DNA from: Deltaproteobacteria bacterium
Lineage (GTDB): Bacteria; Desulfobacterota; Binatia; UBA1149; JAJCZL01
Direction of reading: 5' to 3'
Assembly: GCA_029262415.1 (NCBI GenBank)
Contig: JAJCZL010000001.1
Location: 53,368-117,367 of the forward strand
DNA length: 64,000 nucleotides
Shown in pieces: positions 39,957 through 50,196 of this stretch; within the stretch, counting starts at the first letter, position 1, and every line of letters begins with the position of its first letter. The position numbers and the translations under genes were made by a program. The notes below the pieces were generated by a model that ran no database searches, had not been told where the DNA came from, and was given only the letters and a program-made list of their open reading frames with translations.

Positions 39957-42698
39957 GTGCCTGAACAAAGCTGGTCGCTTCCGGTTGATGCCGTTCTCAA
40001 GGCGCTTGAGGTTGAGCGCGACCGGGGTCTGCCCCCGGCGCAGGTAGCGCACCGCCGACGCCACTTCGGGCCCAACCGCCTACGGCGGGTGAAGCGGCGT
40101 AGCGTCCTGCAAATCTTTTGGAGCCAAGTGGCAAGCCCGATCGTGGTTTTGCTGGCTGGCGCGGTACTCGTCGCCCTAGCCTTTGGCGAGCAGCTCGAGG
40201 CCGTCGCTATCGCAGCCGTGCTCGTAGTTAATACCGCGATCGGCTTTTGGACCGAAAAGCACGCGTTACGCTCGATGGAAGGGCTCCGCGTCCTCGGGCG
40301 TGTTCAGGCCACGGTACGCCGGTCCGGAATATCGAGCGTCGTAGCAGCCGACGATCTAGTGCCCGGCGATATCGTGCTGCTTGACGCAGGTGATGTGTTG
40401 ACAGCCGACCTCCGGTTGGTGAGCGCCTCGGGCCTCCAGGTCGACGAAGCGACACTAACCGGAGAGTCGCTGGCGGTTGAGAAGACGGTCGCACCATGTG
40501 CGGCCGAGGCTGCGCTCGCAGATCGGACCGCGATGGTCTTCAAAGGAACTGCCGTAACTAATGGGAGTGCCGAAGGCGTCGTGGTTGCGACCGGGATGGC
40601 AACCGAACTGGGGCGTATCTCGCAGCTGGTCGAGCAAGCCCAGTCAGAAGCCACGCCACTCGAGGTTCGCCTGGCTCGATTGGGCCACCACCTGATCCTC
40701 TTCTCGCTCGTGATCGCCGCGTTCGTAGCTGCCACCAACATCTGGGCCGGCCGTGGCCTCTACCTTTCGATCGAAATCGCCCTCGCCTTAGCCGTCGCTG
40801 CCGTACCTGAAGGCCTCCCGATCGTCGCCACCATGGCTCTCGCGCGCGGTATGTGGCGGATGGCCGGCCGCAACGCGCTCGTTGAGCGCCTCTCCGCCGT
40901 CGAAACTTTGGGCTCGACCAGCGTTATTCTCACCGACAAGACCGGAACTCTCACCGAGAACCGAATGGTCGTTGCAGAACTCGCGCTGCCCGGTGAAGCA
41001 ATCCTCAGTCTCGAGCCGGGGCGCAAGCCGAGCGCAATCCCGTTGTCGAACGAAGCGACGGTCGATCCCGAGCAGCAACGGCTGCTGCGCGACGCCTTGC
41101 GCGTAGCGGTTCTGTGCAACAACGCCGAACTCGCGCCGGAAGACGCCCGCAATGAGACCCGCGCCACAGGCGACCCCACCGAGGTCGCTCTCTTGGTCGC
41201 CGGCCGCGATGCCGGCCTCGAGCGCAACCAGCTGCTGGTGACCACGCCTGAACTCGAAGAGATAGCCTTTGATCCCGAAGGCAAGCGGATGGCGACGCTG
41301 CACAGCATTGATGGCGGCGTGCTTGCCGCCGTCAAGGGTGCTCCCGAAACGGTCATCCCGTGTTGCGCGCAATACCGAACGACAGAGGGCGGCGTCGAGG
41401 AACTCGACGCCGCAGCCCAGGCCGAGTGGATCGCGCGCGCCGCATTGATGGCGGCACGCGGCCAGCGCGTCCTAGCGCTGGCCACCAAGGAGCTCTCCCT
41501 AGACTCCGCCTTTTGCTACGAGGCCCTGAACCTCGTGGGTTTGGTGGCGCTAGTCGATCCACCTCGGGACGGTGTCGGCACCGTGATTGACGATTGCCGG
41601 GCGGCAGGGATGCGCGTGGTCATGGTTACGGGGGACCACGGGGGTACCGCATGGCACGTCGCGCGCGTGACCGGGCTGATCGACGCCGACCAAGCCGAGT
41701 CGGTCTCCTCTCTAGACGCACGGACGATCCCGCGCTTCGACAACCTCTCGGATAGCGAAACACAACAAGTACTTTCAGCGCCGGTAATCGCGCGTGCCAC
41801 ACCGAAACAGAAGCTCGAGTTGATCTCCCTCTATCAAAACCACGGTGCCGTAGTCGCAATGACAGGCGACGGTGTGAATGACGCCCCCGCGCTCAAGAAA
41901 GCAGACATCGGCGTGGCGATGGGTAAACGCGGCACTCAGGTCGCGCGCGAGGCCGCCGACATGGTGCTCCAAGACGACGAATTCGGAACCATCGTCGCTG
42001 CAATCACGGAGGGGCGTGCGATTTTCGTGAATATCCGCAAGTTCGTGCTCTACCTGATGTCGTGCAACGTAAGTGAGATCCTGGTCGTTGCGGTGGCATC
42101 ATTCACGCAAGGCCCTCTCCCTCTGTTACCGCTCCAAATCCTATTCCTGAATCTCATAACCGATGTCTTCCCGGCGTTGGCCCTCGGCGTCGGTGAGGGG
42201 TCGCCTACCCTCATGACAGAGCCTCCGCGCAAGGTGGAAGAACCCCTGATCACGCGGCGACAATGGGGACGGATCTTCGGCTTCGCAGCCGTGATCGCGT
42301 TGAGCGTACTTGCCGCACTGCTGATTGCGATCGAGGTCCTAGGCAAGACCGGCCGACAGGCCACGACAATCTCGTTTCTCACTCTGGCGCTCGCACAACT
42401 TTGGCACGTATTGAACATGCGCGAGAGGGGCTCGCGATGGTGGAGGAACGAAATCACCGCCAACCCCTGGATCTGGGGCGCTTTGCTCCTGTGCGTTGCG
42501 CTGGTTGCCGTTGCGGTACATTGGGCGCCGCTAGCGGCCACGCTGAAGCTCTCGGATCCAGGTGCGGACGGCTGGGGACTCGCCCTTTTGATGAGCCTGC
42601 TCCCACTCCTAGCGGGTCAGCTCTGGCTCGTGGCCGTGGAGCGAATGTCCCGAGACCGCGCAAGCGAAAGTACCGCAACGCCGAAGTATCGGAGGTGA
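39957..42698 (+). CDS. Cation-transporting P-type ATPase (P2A, Ca2+/CtpF-like)
   Basis: TGES, VPEGLP, DKTGTLT phosphorylation site, TGDH, MTGDGVNDAPALK, NLITDVFPALAL; start uncertain (39807-39957). Confidence 0.95.
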   Translation: MPEQSWSLPVDAVLKALEVERDRGLPPAQVAHRRRHFGPNRLRRVKRRSVLQIFWSQVASPIVVLLAGAVLVALAFGEQLEAVAIAAVLVVNTAIGFWTEKHALRSMEGLRVLGRVQATVRRSGISSVVAADDLVPGDIVLLDAGDVLTADLRLVSASGLQVDEATLTGESLAVEKTVAPCAAEAALADRTAMVFKGTAVTNGSAEGVVVATGMATELGRISQLVEQAQSEATPLEVRLARLGHHLILFSLVIAAFVAATNIWAGRGLYLSIEIALALAVAAVPEGLPIVATMALARGMWRMAGRNALVERLSAVETLGSTSVILTDKTGTLTENRMVVAELALPGEAILSLEPGRKPSAIPLSNEATVDPEQQRLLRDALRVAVLCNNAELAPEDARNETRATGDPTEVALLVAGRDAGLERNQLLVTTPELEEIAFDPEGKRMATLHSIDGGVLAAVKGAPETVIPCCAQYRTTEGGVEELDAAAQAEWIARAALMAARGQRVLALATKELSLDSAFCYEALNLVGLVALVDPPRDGVGTVIDDCRAAGMRVVMVTGDHGGTAWHVARVTGLIDADQAESVSSLDARTIPRFDNLSDSETQQVLSAPVIARATPKQKLELISLYQNHGAVVAMTGDGVNDAPALKKADIGVAMGKRGTQVAREAADMVLQDDEFGTIVAAITEGRAIFVNIRKFVLYLMSCNVSEILVVAVASFTQGPLPLLPLQILFLNLITDVFPALALGVGEGSPTLMTEPPRKVEEPLITRRQWGRIFGFAAVIALSVLAALLIAIEVLGKTGRQATTISFLTLALAQLWHVLNMRERGSRWWRNEITANPWIWGALLLCVALVAVAVHWAPLAATLKLSDPGADGWGLALLMSLLPLLAGQLWLVAVERMSRDRASESTATPKYRR

Positions 42699-42701
42699 CA
42701 T

Positions 42702-42821
42702 ATGGCCCAACAGCGAACCAACAAGAGAACTCGACCGTCGAACGCGGAGGTGGCGCGTATCCTGCGCGCGCTTGGACTGCGATCGGAAAGCAAAGGCCAG
42801 GTGCCTTGCTATCGCCCTTAG
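42702..42821 (+). pseudogene. Possible 5' remnant of a PolX-family DNA polymerase gene (39 codons)
   Basis: Strong RBS GGAGGTGA; peptide ...SNAEVARILRALGLRSESKG resembles the PolX N-terminus (NxEIARxxxxIAxLLExKG), then an early stop. Confidence 0.3.
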
Positions 42822-43978
42822 CCGAAGGGTTGCAATACCAGCATGCCTTCGGGCACGAGGCGGGTTGCGAGCATCACCTCGTTGATATCGCGATGTTCCA
42901 TCCACGTGGAATCGCGTCGGTTCTCGACGTTACGCCAGAACGTTTCGATCGCCGTGGCGAGTGGCAGGTAAGCAACAAGCTCTGCAAGACGCGACCGTAC
43001 GCCGGGCGTCGTGTGGACCCTGTCGGCGGCCGCTCGTATGTCGTTCTCAATCGCCGTGACCGCCACAAGGCCGATGGCCAGTCCGATCTCGCGGAACGCA
43101 ATCCGTTGTGAGGCGGAACGCTTCAAGTCGCCCTGACGTGTGTAGTGGGCAAGTCCCGCGAGCGACGCCGCGAGAAGTTCTTCAAGTAAGCCGTCCACCA
43201 CCGGGGCGCCCTCTCTCATCAATTGCTCAACCCGGTACGCGTCGATCAACAAACCACCAAGACCCAACGGATCCGACGTCGCCCAGTCGCGCCCTTCCAC
43301 CAGGTCTGCAAACTCTTGCACCGCCTCCTCCAGGGTCGGCTCCGGCGACGCAGCAGCCAGGTTTCGGGCTGTGGTCTGCAACTGGACGAGTGTGATGTAG
43401 CCGTCGAGCGGATCGTGGTGCCCCATCGAGGCGACGAGCGGGCGTGAAAGATCGATGCTCATCTTCCATACCGGTGCGCGGTGGGAGGGGGGCCCCGTTG
43501 TGAAGGCCAAATGGGCAACCTCGGCAAGCTCACGCGCCCAGGTGTTGAAATGCGGCAGCCCGGTTGAACGCGACACCTGGTCGAGGGTGTGCATCCACCT
43601 GGTCAGGTAATGGAAATACTGTCCGTCCCGTTCCCACTCGAGGCGCTCATCGAGGGGTGCGCTGTGAGCTCGCTCGGCGAGCTCTTTACCGATTCGCAGG
43701 CCGCCTCGGGTCGGATGAAGTTCTCCTTGTCTCTCCTCGAGCCCACTGATCCATCCCCTACGGCGGTCATCGGTCCGGTGGCGTCCAAGTACGTGATGCA
43801 CCTGGTCGACCAATCGAAGCGCGAGATCTCGGTATCGCTGTTCGCCTGTCGAGTTGGCAAGCGCGAGGAAGTTGCAGACAGCAAAGGCATCGGTCCACAG
43901 GTAGCGGCGCGGCGTTCCCTCCGTTGTAAGCCCCGTGCGTTCGGCAAAGTGCAACATGAGCGCTTCGGCATCCGTCAC
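42818..43978 (-). CDS. Conserved hypothetical protein (RYLWTDAFAV / DGQYFHYLTRWM motifs)
   Basis: Long ORF downstream of pcm-ere with Trp/His/Asp-rich blocks; start is GTG 43978 or ATG 43957. Confidence 0.8.
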   Translation of the reverse strand: MTDAEALMLHFAERTGLTTEGTPRRYLWTDAFAVCNFLALANSTGEQRYRDLALRLVDQVHHVLGRHRTDDRRRGWISGLEERQGELHPTRGGLRIGKELAERAHSAPLDERLEWERDGQYFHYLTRWMHTLDQVSRSTGLPHFNTWARELAEVAHLAFTTGPPSHRAPVWKMSIDLSRPLVASMGHHDPLDGYITLVQLQTTARNLAAASPEPTLEEAVQEFADLVEGRDWATSDPLGLGGLLIDAYRVEQLMREGAPVVDGLLEELLAASLAGLAHYTRQGDLKRSASQRIAFREIGLAIGLVAVTAIENDIRAAADRVHTTPGVRSRLAELVAYLPLATAIETFWRNVENRRDSTWMEHRDINEVMLATRLVPEGMLVLQPFG

Positions 43979-44004
43979 CGACCGCCCTCGCTCGCGCTTC
44001 GGCA

Positions 44005-46017
44005 TCAGGGCGCGAATGGGTGACTCCTCGCAAGCAGCGCGGCGTCCGCGCCAAGTACGGGGCGAACTGCGCGGGTATCGTCGATCCACACGTATTCGTC
44101 GAATTGATGAGGCAGACTGGCGTGGAAGTAATGGCTTTGGAGCTCAGTGTCGGGCCGGTAGACCACTCCGATCGCGCGCTCCAGGCGCGGCGTTTCCAAC
44201 TCCAAGCGTAACTCGGCGCGGTCGGGCTCACGCAGATGAAGGAAGAATGCGGGAATCTCCGCGTCACGACACAAACGCTCATAACTCTCCGGGTGGGACG
44301 GCCGGACGTTCATGACCTGCATCGGAGCGCCCCAGTCGTCGGCGGCCGCGACCGTGCCGTGATCGGTACCGAAGCCGATGAGGAACGCCGCGTCTCCGTA
44401 CTTTTCCCGGCACAACTGCCCCACATTGAGCTGGCCGCGCAGACCCATTTCTGTCGCTGAGGCGTCTCCGAGGTGCGAGTTGTGCTCCCACAATACCGCC
44501 TTCGTCCCCTCGCCGTGGAACGCGAGCAGTGACTCGAGCGTGTCGAACATGTGCTGGTCGCGCAGGTTCCACGATTCGTTCGCCCCGTAATACATGCTGC
44601 GATAGTAACGCTCGGCATCGGCAACCAAGCGGGCATTTTGCACGGCGTCGAGAACCGACTCCCCGTCGCGCTCGGCGTAGTCGAGGCGTCGCGCCATCAG
44701 ATCGCTGAGCATCGCAACCGCCTCGCGTTCGCATACGCGGTAACGGCCGGACACAGCGGCGCGGCCGTATGCGGCAGGATCGGTCTCCCACGGCGTCAGG
44801 CAGGCGTAGCGATGTCGCGCGACCCGGGCTGCCCCGGGATCCACGCGATCGAGAAACTCCAGCACCGCCTGGATCGACGTAAACAGGCTGTAAAGATCGA
44901 GTCCGTGAAACGCCACCGGTGGGCGCTCGCCGCGCAGCTCTGCATTGCGCTCGCGCAGCCACTCGACAAAGCGCAGGGTCTCATGGTTGCGCCACATCCA
45001 GGTTGGGAAGCGACGAAAGACACGCGTATCGCTGCCGGTCGCCAAGATCGGGCGATCGCTCTGCACCCAGCGATTGACCGCGGCGGCATCCGGCCAATCG
45101 GCCTCAACCGCCACCACGAGGAACCCACGTGAGCGGATCAGCCCTTTGGTGATCTCGGCACGCATTCGATAAAACTCGGAGGTACCGTGGCTGGCTTCGC
45201 CGATCAGAACCAAATGCGCATCGCCGATGCGCTCGAGCAGCGGCCCGAGATCGTGGCCTTCGATTTTCTCGAACGCTAGAGCTTCTTCGCGGACAAGCCG
45301 AGCCACACCGGCTGGGCGGCTCGGCACGCGCGTCGTGTGGCCGTCCCAGGCCTCATCGGCCTCCCAGCCCTGTGCACCGATCAGTGGAACGAAGCGGACG
45401 TCGCCTAACTCTTCGCGCTCAAAGCTGTCGTTACCCCGGCGAGTCACCCTCACCATTTTCTGTAGCTCGCGTCCCTCACCGACCGGCATCACCAGTCGGC
45501 CGCCCACGTTTAGTTGATCGAGCAGGGCCCGGGGCACATCCGGACCGCCGGCAGCGACCACAATCGCGTCATAGGGCGCGTGCTCGGACCAACCTAGCGA
45601 GCCGTCGCCATGGTGGGTCAAGACGTTGCCCAGGCCGAGTTCCGCAAGCCGTCGTGCGGCCAGTCGGGCGAGTTCTTGGTGGCGTTCGACGGTGTAGACC
45701 TGCCGCGCAACCTTGGCGAGAATGGCCGCCGCATAGCCTGAGCCCGTGCCGATCTCGAGCACCTTGTCGTCGGGGCCGAGCTTAAGTGCGATCGTCATCA
45801 TCGCGACAATGTAGGGCTGCGAGATGGTCTGCCCCTGCTCGATCGGCAGCGGCGAATCCTGATACGCAAACTCCCATAGCTCGGGGGGCAGAAACAACTC
45901 TCGCGGCACGCTGCGGAACGCGTGGAGGACACGTTCATCGCGGATGCCCCGAGCCAGGATCTGCGCCCGGACCATGTCCTCACGCTCGCTATCAAACTCC
46001 GTACTTTGCGCGACCAT
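44005..46017 (-). CDS. pcm: Protein-L-isoaspartate O-methyltransferase fused to an erythromycin esterase domain
   Basis: QTISQPYIVA, VLEIGTGSGY, YDAIVVAAG; then LIGEASHGTSEFY, SWNLRDQHM, WEHNSHLGDA, ERAIGVVYRP. Confidence 0.93.
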   Translation of the reverse strand: MVAQSTEFDSEREDMVRAQILARGIRDERVLHAFRSVPRELFLPPELWEFAYQDSPLPIEQGQTISQPYIVAMMTIALKLGPDDKVLEIGTGSGYAAAILAKVARQVYTVERHQELARLAARRLAELGLGNVLTHHGDGSLGWSEHAPYDAIVVAAGGPDVPRALLDQLNVGGRLVMPVGEGRELQKMVRVTRRGNDSFEREELGDVRFVPLIGAQGWEADEAWDGHTTRVPSRPAGVARLVREEALAFEKIEGHDLGPLLERIGDAHLVLIGEASHGTSEFYRMRAEITKGLIRSRGFLVVAVEADWPDAAAVNRWVQSDRPILATGSDTRVFRRFPTWMWRNHETLRFVEWLRERNAELRGERPPVAFHGLDLYSLFTSIQAVLEFLDRVDPGAARVARHRYACLTPWETDPAAYGRAAVSGRYRVCEREAVAMLSDLMARRLDYAERDGESVLDAVQNARLVADAERYYRSMYYGANESWNLRDQHMFDTLESLLAFHGEGTKAVLWEHNSHLGDASATEMGLRGQLNVGQLCREKYGDAAFLIGFGTDHGTVAAADDWGAPMQVMNVRPSHPESYERLCRDAEIPAFFLHLREPDRAELRLELETPRLERAIGVVYRPDTELQSHYFHASLPHQFDEYVWIDDTRAVRPVLGADAALLARSHPFAP

Positions 46018-46089
46018 CGTCTTGTCGGCTCGGCATACCGAGCACACGGCCCTCGCCGGAACGCCGGCTCACGTACCACCTGCTGAAGA

Positions 46090-46105
46090 AGCACGCAGCG
46101 TGCCA
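46090..46105 (-). promoter_or_regulatory. sigma54-like promoter of pcm-ere
   Basis: TGGCACGCTGCGTGCT on the minus strand. Confidence 0.65.
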
Positions 46106-46274
46106 AGCCACCGGTAAAGCTCCGAGCACATCAAACATAGGTCTGCAGCTTCTCCTGCGTCTCGACCTGAGGCGTGCAACCCCAGAATGGGACGTCGGCG
46201 CACTGCAACCTTTCGTGGGCCGCGCCGCGCCGGTATGATCGGCGCGTGAGCGCAAAACAGCCGCGGTGCAGGTG

Positions 46275-48476
46275 ATGGCGGAAAAACGAGTCCCACCTTT
46301 CCAGTCTGCAGAGGTGGACGCGGTCCTATCGTGCTTGATGGACGCCGTGGTCGCGATCGATGCGCAAAGTCGGGTCGTGTTCTTCAATGCCGTTGCTGAG
46401 CAGATGTTCGGCTATTCAGCGGCCCAAGCGCTCGGGGCACCGGTCGAGCGATTCATGCCCGAACGCTTCCGCGACAAGCATGCCGAGCACGTCCGCCGCT
46501 TCGCAGAGGCAGATATCTCCTCACGGCGAATAGGAACGCGCGGCGAGATACGCGGGCTGCGCGCGAACGGCGACGAATTCCCGATAGAAGCGTCTATCGG
46601 TCGGATCGAGACCGACGGCGGCGATCTCTATACGGTCGTGTTGCGGGACATGACGGAGCGCGAACTCGCGCAGCGCGCGACTCGACAACGCGAGTACTAC
46701 CTCCGCTCGCTGCTCGACACCGTCGATGCCGTCATTGTGCTGCTCGGCTTGGACGGAACAGTCCTTGAATGGAACCCGCGCGCGGAGTCGTTCTACGGTG
46801 CGCCTGCCATAGCCGTGATCGGCCGCCCCTACGCCGATTTCATTCCTGCTGAAGAACGCGACGCCGTCTACGCCGAGATCAAGCGCATAGGACGCGAAGG
46901 AACGCCGACGGACAGATTCGAGAGTGCCGTCCAGACCCATCGTGGGTTGCGACACGTCGTGTGGAACGCCGCCCTCGTGGCCGACGAAACCGGCAATCCT
47001 GCCATTCTCGCGACCGGCCACGACATCACCGAGCAAAAGGAAGCCCATGAGATTGCCCGGCACCTCGCGGCAATCGTTCAGTCTTCCGACGACGCCATCA
47101 TCGGCACAACGCTCAACGGCGAGATTGTAAGCTGGAACTGGGCTGCGCAAACAATCTTTGGATACACACCCGACCAAGCGGTCGGTCAGCCGATCACCAT
47201 GCTCTCGCAGGAAGGCCAAAGGGGTAAGACCGATCAAATCCTTGAACGAACCCGATCGGGCCTCAGAGTTGATCACGTCGAAACGCTCCAAGTAAGCAAA
47301 CAAGGGAAAATCGTCCCGGTCTCGCTTTCCATGTTTCCCGTTCGTACATCGAACGGTGAGATCGTCGGCTGTGCCGCCATCGCACGCGACATCACCGAGC
47401 AAACGCTGTCACGCGAGGCGCATGCCGACCTCGCCGGTATTATCGAGGAATCGCTGAACGAGATCTTCGTTGTCGATTCGAGCACGCTCCATTTCAGGGC
47501 CGTCAACCGCGGAGCGCGTGAGAACCTCGGCTACTCGTTCGATCAGCTATGCGAACTCACCCTCGTCGACATCATGCCGGAATTCTCACGGGAGAGATTC
47601 GAAGCGTTGATCGCGCCACTACGCGCTGCTGCCAAGACCATGCTTCAATTCGAGACAATTCACGCACGAAAGAACGGCAGTTGTTATCCTGTTGAGGTTC
47701 ACCTCCAGTTCGGCAGGTACGCGGGCGCAGAAAGATTCGTCGCAATTGTGCTCGACATCACCGAGCGCAAGGAGGCCGCGCAGCGTGAAACAGAATGCGA
47801 ACGACGTAGCCACAAACTAGAAGCTCTTGCCTCCATCAGCACGTTGACCGCCGGTATCGCGCACGACATCGGCACTCCCATGACGGCGATTCTCGGCTAC
47901 GCCGAGATGATGCGAAAACAGCTCCCCGACGACAAGAACCGTGGGCGTGCGGCCGTCATAGTCGAACAGGTGCATCGGGTCTCCGAACTCGTGGAGGCGC
48001 TTCTCGACATGGCCCGCCCCGGCGATCGGCCTTTCGTACCGGTCGATCCGGCAGCTGTTTTGAGGACTTCGCTGGAGCTGTATCGAGAGAACCTGCGCAA
48101 ACGCAACATCGGCGTGGAGGCCAGCCTCGGCCCCGTCCCGGCCGTCATTGGCGACGCAAAGCGTCTCCAGAGGGTATTTATCAACCTCATCGTCAACGCC
48201 GCTGACGCTATGGTGAACGGAGGCACCCTGCACGTGTCGCTGACCAATCCGGACGACCGCCATGTGGCGATCCGCATCCGCGATACCGGCACCGGAATCG
48301 CGCCGGAAGTGTTGCCGCGGATATTCGAGCCCCTCTATACGACCAAAGAACGCACCAGCGGGACGGGGCTAGGACTAGCGGTCGCTAAGGGGATCATTAG
48401 TGAGCACGGCGGAGAGATCTCCGCAACAAGTCAACCAGGCGTCGGTACAGAGTTCACGATTGTGTTGCCGATCTAG
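46275..48476 (+). CDS. Cytoplasmic sensor histidine kinase with four PAS domains
   Basis: Four PAS/PAC units; H-box GIAHDIGTP, N-box NLIVNA, DTGTGI, GTGLGL; no TM segment. Confidence 0.93.
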   Translation: MAEKRVPPFQSAEVDAVLSCLMDAVVAIDAQSRVVFFNAVAEQMFGYSAAQALGAPVERFMPERFRDKHAEHVRRFAEADISSRRIGTRGEIRGLRANGDEFPIEASIGRIETDGGDLYTVVLRDMTERELAQRATRQREYYLRSLLDTVDAVIVLLGLDGTVLEWNPRAESFYGAPAIAVIGRPYADFIPAEERDAVYAEIKRIGREGTPTDRFESAVQTHRGLRHVVWNAALVADETGNPAILATGHDITEQKEAHEIARHLAAIVQSSDDAIIGTTLNGEIVSWNWAAQTIFGYTPDQAVGQPITMLSQEGQRGKTDQILERTRSGLRVDHVETLQVSKQGKIVPVSLSMFPVRTSNGEIVGCAAIARDITEQTLSREAHADLAGIIEESLNEIFVVDSSTLHFRAVNRGARENLGYSFDQLCELTLVDIMPEFSRERFEALIAPLRAAAKTMLQFETIHARKNGSCYPVEVHLQFGRYAGAERFVAIVLDITERKEAAQRETECERRSHKLEALASISTLTAGIAHDIGTPMTAILGYAEMMRKQLPDDKNRGRAAVIVEQVHRVSELVEALLDMARPGDRPFVPVDPAAVLRTSLELYRENLRKRNIGVEASLGPVPAVIGDAKRLQRVFINLIVNAADAMVNGGTLHVSLTNPDDRHVAIRIRDTGTGIAPEVLPRIFEPLYTTKERTSGTGLGLAVAKGIISEHGGEISATSQPGVGTEFTIVLPI

Positions 48477-48639
48477 GAGCCGCCGCCGCATTGGGTACCC
48501 ACCGAGCGAGTCCCGGCAACCGTGTCGCTAAACGGGAAATAGCCCCGCCACAGGAGCGCACTGGGTCAATCCGCCTCGAATCGAGGCGCCAAACCACGTG
48601 TCTCGATCTCGAACAGGGGCCGGTGCTGACAGATTCCGT

Positions 48640-48655
48640 TGGCACCCGCCGTGCA
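48640..48655 (+). promoter_or_regulatory. sigma54-like promoter of the response regulator
   Basis: TGGCACCCGCCGTGCA in the 260-bp gap between kinase and regulator. Confidence 0.55.
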
Positions 48656-48735
48656 GTATCCAATGCCTGGGAGGCTTTTGGTATGACCTGTCGAAACGAG
48701 ATCGAACTCCCCAGAGCCGCTTTCCGCGCAGCCAC

Positions 48736-50130
48736 ATGAACCTCAGGAACTCTCGCAGCGTTCTTGCGGTGGATGACGAGGCTGTCGTCCGCGACATGAT
48801 CCTCGAGCTTCTCAGCGGCGAGGGTTTCGACGTAGCCACGGTCAGTTGCGCTAACGACGCGCTCGCCGCGATCGAGGAGCGCGACTTCGATGTCGTGTTA
48901 ACCGATCTGCAAATGCCCGGTCAAGACGGCATAGAACTCATCCTCCGATTGCGCACCCTACGCCCGGAAACGCCGGTGATCTTGATGACCGCGTTCGGAA
49001 GCATCCAGACTGCGGTTAAAGCCATGCGAGCCGGCGCGCTCGATTATGTCACCAAACCATTCGAGTCCGATGCCCTCTTGGTTGCACTCGAACGTGCGCT
49101 CGCCCATCGCGAACTAGAAGAAGAGAACCGAAGACTGCGACGCGCAGTCGATCGTACGGCGTCATTCGGTGACCTTGTCGGGAAGAGCGCTGCGATGAAC
49201 GAGATCTACGCGCTCATACGAAAGATATCCAACAACCGGAGTAACGTCCTTATTACCGGCGAAAGTGGCACGGGAAAGGAAGTCGTGGCCAGAACCATTC
49301 ACTTCTCGGGCGCACGCACCGAACAACCTTTCGTGCCGATCAACTGCACGGCGATGCCCGAGGGGCTACTCGAGAGCGAGCTTTTCGGACACGTGCGCGG
49401 TGCATTCACCGGTGCCCACACCACGAAAAAAGGCCTGTTCGAAGCCGCCAACGGTGGAACCATTTTTCTCGACGAGATCGGCGACATGCCGCTGAGTCTT
49501 CAGGGTAAACTGTTGCGGGTCATCCAAGACCAGGAAGTGCGCGCGGTCGGTGCCAATCAGTCCACCAAGGTCGATGTAAGAATAGTTGCTGCGACCAACC
49601 AAGCTCTGAGGCGAAACATCGAAAGTGGTGAGTTCCGAAAAGACCTCTACTACCGACTGAACGTCATCCCGATCCACATCCCACCGCTGCGCGAACGGCC
49701 CGAAGACATTCCTCTGCTCGCGGCCGCTTTCCTACTCAAACACGCCGAGAAAGGGTCCAGACACATCTCCGAGAAGGCGATGCGTCGTCTGATGGACGCC
49801 CCTTGGGAGGGCAACGCCCGTGAACTCGAAAACACCATCGAGCGTGCCCTCGCGTTAGCCGAAAGCCCTGAGATCAAGGCAACGGACATCTTGCTTCCGA
49901 GCGACCCCATTCACGGCGATGGCAGCCTCGAACAAACTCTGGTGCGCCTGGCCCTGGAACGACGGATTTCCGTCCGCGACCTCACCAATCTCTATATCGA
50001 TTCTACTTTGCAGGCAGTCCACGGTCGTAAGGGCGAGGCAGCAAAAATCCTGGGAATGAACCGCCGAACCTTGTATCGACGCGAGGGACGCGTGGGCGAA
50101 GACACGCAAGCAGACGGTGACGAGGAGTAG
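48736..50130 (+). CDS. NtrC-family sigma54-dependent response regulator
   Basis: Receiver [42 protein letters not shown], Fis-like HTH; ATG 48736 preferred. Confidence 0.95.
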   Translation: MNLRNSRSVLAVDDEAVVRDMILELLSGEGFDVATVSCANDALAAIEERDFDVVLTDLQMPGQDGIELILRLRTLRPETPVILMTAFGSIQTAVKAMRAGALDYVTKPFESDALLVALERALAHRELEEENRRLRRAVDRTASFGDLVGKSAAMNEIYALIRKISNNRSNVLITGESGTGKEVVARTIHFSGARTEQPFVPINCTAMPEGLLESELFGHVRGAFTGAHTTKKGLFEAANGGTIFLDEIGDMPLSLQGKLLRVIQDQEVRAVGANQSTKVDVRIVAATNQALRRNIESGEFRKDLYYRLNVIPIHIPPLRERPEDIPLLAAAFLLKHAEKGSRHISEKAMRRLMDAPWEGNARELENTIERALALAESPEIKATDILLPSDPIHGDGSLEQTLVRLALERRISVRDLTNLYIDSTLQAVHGRKGEAAKILGMNRRTLYRREGRVGEDTQADGDEE

Positions 50131-50196
50131 CGAAAGCGCAGCCGTGATGCGAGATGCTGCATTCCCCGCAAGCTGGGCCGCAGATGCGCGTTGATT

